A DNA stretch of 32,000 nucleotides from Candidatus Electronema halotolerans (lineage in GTDB: Bacteria; Desulfobacterota; Desulfobulbia; Desulfobulbales; Desulfobulbaceae), in assembly GCA_942493095.1 (NCBI GenBank), contig OW818675.1:2100001-2132000 (forward strand), written 5' to 3'. Positions 27,370 through 32,000 of this stretch are shown piece after piece (position 1 is the first letter of the stretch; each line of letters opens with the position of its first letter). A program made the position numbers and the translations under genes. The notes beneath the pieces were generated by a model that ran no database searches, was not told where the DNA came from, and saw only the letters and a program-made list of their open reading frames with translations.

Positions 27370-27993
27370 TCAGTCTTCCGGCGTGTTCTTCTCAGTCCTG
27401 AATTTTTCCATCTCTTTCTGGAAACAATCCGGGCAATAATTGTGCGAGCAATCCACATCCCAGCAGTTTTTGAAATAGGATTCAATCCGCATCCACGACT
27501 TGCCCTCATCCTGCATTTTGCCGCAGACAGGGCAGACACGGATTGTCCGATACAAATCAGCGACTTCGCTGATATCTTCCATCACTAACAGGGCATGGGG
27601 ATTTCCTTCAAAAGAAAACGGCGAGACCGTGACCAAGGCGAACATTTCCGTCTTGCTGCCTGCCCGACTGATTTCTATTTTTGCCCGGCGGCGGACAACC
27701 CGGTTGCCGAGAAAGGCTTTGACAACGGAACTTCGGATGACGCAGCTCCTGCATTCGGCTGATCTGCCGCAGCCTTCTGGAACGTCTGTTGCGTGAATGC
27801 AATGCAGGACTTCGCCCGCCCTCTGCCGGAGCACCGCCTCGCGGCCAGCCATGATCAACTCGGCGGCAGCGGCGTTGTATTCCTGAATCCGCACATCCCG
27901 GTCAACCACAAAGATCAGCGAGGGCAGCGCGTCAAAGATGGCGCGGAGAAGGGCGCGTTCGTTCAAATTGGCCTGTTCATGGTTGGAGGGCAT
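27370..27993 (-). CDS. PAS-domain protein with Cys-rich C-terminus, no output kinase visible
   Basis: 'LLRAIFDALPSLIFVVDRDVRIQEYNAAAAELI...' followed by 'CIHATDVPEGCGRSAECRSCVIRSSV' and 'VCPVCGKMQDEGKSWMRIESYF...CSHNYCPDC'. Confidence 0.8.
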   Translation of the reverse strand: MPSNHEQANLNERALLRAIFDALPSLIFVVDRDVRIQEYNAAAAELIMAGREAVLRQRAGEVLHCIHATDVPEGCGRSAECRSCVIRSSVVKAFLGNRVVRRRAKIEISRAGSKTEMFALVTVSPFSFEGNPHALLVMEDISEVADLYRTIRVCPVCGKMQDEGKSWMRIESYFKNCWDVDCSHNYCPDCFQKEMEKFRTEKNTPED

Positions 27994-28005
27994 ATAGGAA
28001 TTAAA

Positions 28006-28671
28006 TCACTTGGCAGTCAGATGCAACAAGCTGACAATAAATGGTTTTGCTGTGTTGTTTATCCAGAATTGCAGTTTGACATCAAGCCAGTATTGCACCT
28101 CAACAGATATTTCTGGAATGAACAGCATGGCAAAGGCAACGCAGTTCAGGAAGACTGTTATCCAGAAGACAAAACGGAACGATTGTTTTTTTGATTTATG
28201 CCGCAATATCTGCTGGGCAATCAATGCCCCCGGCCAGCCGCAGAAGAGCGAAATCAGATGCAGGGAACTTTCTGGAGTGCGCCAGCTTCCGCTTTTTGCT
28301 GCTGATTTGTCTTTTGCATACATCAGGAATGCAATCAAGCTGCTGAAGATATACAAGCCAAAAATCACGCGAGGAATTTTATTCAGATGAAAGGACGCGA
28401 CCGCAAGAATTGCAAAAAATATTGAGGCAATGACAAATGAGCCAAGGCCACGCCTGCGCCACTGGTCAGCAAATGAAACATCCTCTGCGCAGGGCCGCCC
28501 CTTGCTGTCCGAAGACAACGTATAACGCAGCGATTCATTTATTTCTGGCCGCCGACTACGATGAGTGAATGAGTTTATATGAACAAAGATTTGTCTGCTG
28601 TCATCGCCAGAGTTGATAAAGCCAAAGCCTCGTTCATCATTCCACGAGGTCAAAGTTCCTTGACTGCGCAT
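28006..28671 (-). CDS. Cold-shock domain + DUF1294 membrane protein
   Basis: 'GTLTSWNDERGFGFINSGDDSRQIFVHINSF' (CSD) and 'YAKDKSAAKSGSWRTPESSLHLISLFCGWPGALIAQQILRHKSKKQSFRFVFW' (DUF1294). Confidence 0.88.
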   Translation of the reverse strand: MRSQGTLTSWNDERGFGFINSGDDSRQIFVHINSFTHRSRRPEINESLRYTLSSDSKGRPCAEDVSFADQWRRRGLGSFVIASIFFAILAVASFHLNKIPRVIFGLYIFSSLIAFLMYAKDKSAAKSGSWRTPESSLHLISLFCGWPGALIAQQILRHKSKKQSFRFVFWITVFLNCVAFAMLFIPEISVEVQYWLDVKLQFWINNTAKPFIVSLLHLTAK

Positions 28672-28683
28672 GACGTTCCCTGT

Positions 28684-29064
28684 TCATTTTTTGTCCAAGT
28701 AGATAACTCGGTTATCCAATTCAATCCGCAAAAACTTCCTCTTTTGCAATTCGGAAATAATCACCTCCTGATCCTGTTCGGAAATGCCGCCTTGAAACTG
28801 ATACATTGCTTGAATTGAATTCAGCAGAGTTTTCTTTTTTCCAGGCCGCAGCTTGCCAATTCGTTCCATGACATATTCTATGGAATTGCTCTCAGGAGAG
28901 GCAGTGTCTTTGTGATTTTCATCTTTACTGACACCGATTCTGCTCTGCGGATTCTGAAGTTCTTCTTCCTTGCGGGCCAGTTGAATAAGAAATTGAGCAA
29001 GACGGAATTTGTCTCTGTATCCCAAACCTTCAGATGCCTTTGCTATTTCGTTGTATTCGTTCAT
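28684..29064 (-). CDS. Small hypothetical protein
   Basis: 126-aa ORF on the same strand as its neighbours, with plausible soluble composition. Confidence 0.55.
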   Translation of the reverse strand: MNEYNEIAKASEGLGYRDKFRLAQFLIQLARKEEELQNPQSRIGVSKDENHKDTASPESNSIEYVMERIGKLRPGKKKTLLNSIQAMYQFQGGISEQDQEVIISELQKRKFLRIELDNRVIYLDKK

Positions 29065-29080
29065 GACTTATTCCTTGCAA

Positions 29081-30457
29081 TCACCTCAGCAGATGCTGAT
29101 TGACAATGGTCACGCCGCTCAACATGGCCCCGACAATGCCGAGATAGCCCTGATCCGTGCCAGCAATGAACAGATTGTTCCACGGCGTTCTGCCGCTCTT
29201 GATTTTCACTGGGCTGCCGTAAACCGCTCCGGCCCGCTTGCCGGTGAAGCGTTCAATTGTGGTCGGCGTGAAGCTGTCTTGAAAAACCGCATTGCGGTTA
29301 TAGTCGCCAAGAATGCGGCTGACAGCGGCTGAGGTCTGCTGCCCGCATTCCTCCTTGAGCCGCAGATATTCTTCCGGCGTGATCTGATGCCAGATGTCAT
29401 AGTTGGCCGCATTGGTCACCCGCACCTGCACCGGGCTGCTGGGCGGCAGGTCTTTGAAATTGCCAGGAAAGCAGATCACGCCCCATGACGGATCAATGGC
29501 CATGACAGGACGGTGATAGACAAGCCGCTCGTTCAAGCTGTAAAAAATGATGGTTTTATTGCTGTGCTGGGGCGGCAGGCGCAGCTCCGGCAGCAGGTAA
29601 ATGGTCTCCATGAAACTCATTCTGCCGGTGTAGCGGCTCTCGTCTATCTGCCAGCCGCTCATCTCGGCAGTGCCGGGAATGCCAGCGGTTGACAGCACCG
29701 ACTTGGCAAACAGCTCTTCGCCGTTTTGCAGGCGGATGCCCCGCACTTGGTCGCCGTGGCTGATGATTTGCGCGACCGGAGCGCGGAAGCGGATTTCACC
29801 GCCAAACTGCTTGTACTGGGCCAGCAGCAGCTCCAGCAAATCCTTGATCGTGCCTGAGGGGCGGAAAAAGCCTTCCAGAAACACGGCCCGGAACATGATG
29901 GCAAACTGGCCCAAGTCCATGTCGTCTTCTTCAGCGTTGCCATAGACCATCAGCGGCAGCAGGAGCATATCCTCTAAAAGCGGCTCCGCCAGACGGTTGC
30001 GCAGGAACTGCCGGGCCGACTGCCACGGTCGTTCGGCAAAAGGATCGTAGGCATCCACCTCTTTGACCAAGGCGCGGAAGCGGTCAACAGTCATTGGGAA
30101 GCGGGCCGCGACCTCCTCACAGAGCAGATTCAGGTCATTGGAAAAACGAAGGCTGCCCTGCGGAAAGATCACCTCGGATTCAAGCTGCTCATGGGTGGTG
30201 AATGCTTTGCGGGAGAGCTGGAGCTGCCGGAAGAGCCGATTCAGCGGCGCGTGCTTGACCTTGGGCAGGGCAAAGTTGGTCATGGCATGAAGACCAGTCT
30301 CCAGCAAATGCCCGTGGCGGAAATAATACGAATTCAGGCCGCCGGGCAGGCTGTGCTGCTCGACAATCAGCGGCTTGAGGCCAAAGCGGGCGGCGCGGAT
30401 GCCAGCAGCCAAGCCAGCCAGGCCGCTGCCGATGATGATAAGCTGGTGATCAGCCAT
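29081..30457 (-). CDS. CrtI/retinol-saturase-like FAD-dependent oxidoreductase
   Basis: 'HQLIIIGSGLAGLAAGIRAARFGLKPLIVEQHSLPGGLNSYYFRHGHLLETGLHA'. C-terminal 'NLFIAGTDQGYLGIVGAMLSGVTIVNQHLL'. Confidence 0.85.
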   Translation of the reverse strand: MADHQLIIIGSGLAGLAAGIRAARFGLKPLIVEQHSLPGGLNSYYFRHGHLLETGLHAMTNFALPKVKHAPLNRLFRQLQLSRKAFTTHEQLESEVIFPQGSLRFSNDLNLLCEEVAARFPMTVDRFRALVKEVDAYDPFAERPWQSARQFLRNRLAEPLLEDMLLLPLMVYGNAEEDDMDLGQFAIMFRAVFLEGFFRPSGTIKDLLELLLAQYKQFGGEIRFRAPVAQIISHGDQVRGIRLQNGEELFAKSVLSTAGIPGTAEMSGWQIDESRYTGRMSFMETIYLLPELRLPPQHSNKTIIFYSLNERLVYHRPVMAIDPSWGVICFPGNFKDLPPSSPVQVRVTNAANYDIWHQITPEEYLRLKEECGQQTSAAVSRILGDYNRNAVFQDSFTPTTIERFTGKRAGAVYGSPVKIKSGRTPWNNLFIAGTDQGYLGIVGAMLSGVTIVNQHLLR

Positions 30458-30483
30458 GATAAGAACAGAGGATGCTGAAAGGT

Positions 30484-30529
30484 GCCGGGCTGTCCTGTTG
30501 CAACAGGACGAAAGACAGTTCAGCCCGGC
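30484..30529. repeat. Nested inverted repeats in the ACP/oxidoreductase intergenic gap
   Basis: Outer arms GCCGGGCTG (30484-30492) / CAGCCCGGC (30521-30529). Inner palindrome GTCCTGTTG|CAACAGGAC (30492-30509). Confidence 0.85.
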
Positions 30530-30535
30530 CTGCGC

Positions 30536-30787
30536 TCAGGCATCCTTGAGTTTGGGTTCAAGGTAGTTGACGCAGCTTGTCAGGGTGGCAAGCTGGGGAT
30601 AATCCTCTTCCGGTATCTGGAGTTTGTGGCGTTTGCGCAGCTCCATGACAATGTCGAGGAAGTCCATTGAATCAAGGTCGAGCTGGTCGCGAAGCGGCTT
30701 GTCCGCGTCGAGATCGTCAAACTCGGCCTCGTCGTCTATATCTTTGATAATTTCAAGGATCAAATCCTTAATGGCATCAGGGGTCAT
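30536..30787 (-). CDS. Acyl carrier protein
   Basis: 83-aa acidic protein with the phosphopantetheine-type site 'LRDQLDLDSMDFLDIVMELRKRHKLQIPEEDYPQLATL'. Confidence 0.92.
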   Translation of the reverse strand: MTPDAIKDLILEIIKDIDDEAEFDDLDADKPLRDQLDLDSMDFLDIVMELRKRHKLQIPEEDYPQLATLTSCVNYLEPKLKDA

Positions 30788-30926
30788 TCTTGCTCCTCAG
30801 AAAAATGCGTTGTTCATTGTTAATCATTGTAATAAATCACAATATCCTTTTTGGATAACAAAAAAAAGAAGCGATTGGGTGTAAATTCCTGATCGCTGCT
30901 CAAATGGAAGCTGCCGCAGTGCGATT

Positions 30927-31937
30927 TCACATCAGTCCAAGCAGGAAGTTTTTCACACATTCTCCAAGAACATCAGTGTTATAACCACCTTCTTGGCATA
31001 CCAGTGTGGGTATTCCCAGGGCCTGAAACTGTTTGCCGATTGCAAAGTAATCTTCCGTGCCAAGGTTGAATCCCCCTATCGGATCCATTTCATGCGTGTC
31101 AAAACCGGCGGCAATAATAAGGTATGCAGGATTAAAAGTACGAATTTCAGAAAAAATACGATCTAATGCTGCGCTGTATTGTTCCAGTTGCGCACCTTTG
31201 GCTAAAGGCTCATTATAATTTGTTCCGACAGCCTGACCTTTGCCTCTTTCCTCGGCGTAGCCCCAAAAATACGGGTATTCATCATCAGGAGCACCATGAA
31301 CAGAGGCGGTGAATACAGATTTTATCTCATCAAAAAATTCCTGCGTTCCGTTTCCATGATGATAATCTATATCTACTATTGCCACTTTACCTTCAGGCAA
31401 CAGATACTCGGCAGCTGTAGCCACATTGTTGAAGTAGCAATAACCGCCAAACACACGGGGGCCTGCATGATGCCCGGAAGGTCTGCACAGGGCATATACC
31501 GTTTTTTCAAGGCCATCTCGAATCAATTCAGCACCTGTCAAGGCCGTTTCAGCAGAGGCCCGCGCCACTTCATAGGTTTTTCTTTTGATGGGAGTTACCG
31601 CATCAGTGCACCAAATTCCACCCCAGAGCGGTGAATCAGATTTTTTTCTAAGATGGGCGCCCTCGCCGGGAAAAAGATCAGGATAAAACTCCTCTTCATC
31701 GTTTTGCAAAGACAATGCTGTGTTCTTAATATAATCGTGATAGGGATGCAGGCGAGTGATGAATCGTTCTGGAAATGATTTTGCAGTAAGAAATTGAAAC
31801 CGCTCATCTGAACGAAGCACCTTCTTGATGGATTCAACGCGCTTTGGCGTATCTTTCACCTCGTAGGCTTCTGGTCCAAGCTGATACTTCCAATAGGGAT
31901 TATGCAGGCTGTCGTTATACTTTTCAATTACTTTCAT
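30927..31937 (-). CDS. Histone deacetylase / acetylpolyamine amidohydrolase family protein
   Basis: 'YALCRPSGHHAGPRVFGGYCYFNNVATAAEYLL', 'VAIVDIDYHHGNGTQEFF', 'LIIAAGFDTHEMDPIGGFNL', 'CQEGGYN'. Confidence 0.92.
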   Translation of the reverse strand: MKVIEKYNDSLHNPYWKYQLGPEAYEVKDTPKRVESIKKVLRSDERFQFLTAKSFPERFITRLHPYHDYIKNTALSLQNDEEEFYPDLFPGEGAHLRKKSDSPLWGGIWCTDAVTPIKRKTYEVARASAETALTGAELIRDGLEKTVYALCRPSGHHAGPRVFGGYCYFNNVATAAEYLLPEGKVAIVDIDYHHGNGTQEFFDEIKSVFTASVHGAPDDEYPYFWGYAEERGKGQAVGTNYNEPLAKGAQLEQYSAALDRIFSEIRTFNPAYLIIAAGFDTHEMDPIGGFNLGTEDYFAIGKQFQALGIPTLVCQEGGYNTDVLGECVKNFLLGLM

Positions 31938-32000
31938 GAATTGCTCTTCCTTTGTTTAACAGTTCGATGATTCGTTCTTGCGGAACAGGCGGGCACCAGC

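Overview
This 32 kb window looks like a mostly chromosomal region from a Desulfobacterota/Desulfobulbales-type bacterium; that taxonomic impression is an inference from gene content and protein style. Content left to right: a partial four-helix-bundle ORF, type I restriction-modification hsdS and hsdM (-), ilvE (-), a CARDB-like lipoprotein (+), radA (-), hisC (+), and rpsF-rpsR-(DUF2232-like)-rplI-dnaB (+). Then a YcaO+TPR protein (+), an MFS transporter (-), a papain-like secreted protease (-), a secreted repeat-domain protein preceded by a probable GEMM-I (cyclic-di-GMP type) riboswitch (-), a GT2 glycosyltransferase and a B12-binding-type radical SAM protein (-), dapB, cutA and an HD-domain protein (-). 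The right end has an AT-richer orphan ORF and a minus-strand set holding two CrtI-like FAD oxidoreductases, a PAS protein, a CSD-DUF1294 protein, an acyl carrier protein and an HDAC-family protein. The strongest unusual signal is dnaB, which is interrupted by two different inteins. One sits in the Walker A loop, has Ala at position 1 and carries the W-C-T residues of class 3 inteins, with an apparently decayed LAGLIDADG endonuclease. The other is a canonical Cys1 intein with two LAGLIDADG-like motifs, inserted between DLRE and SG. Second in interest are the riboswitch-like leader, a nested palindrome next to the ACP gene, and heptanucleotide repeats inside hsdM. I found no CRISPR array, rRNA or convincing tRNA.
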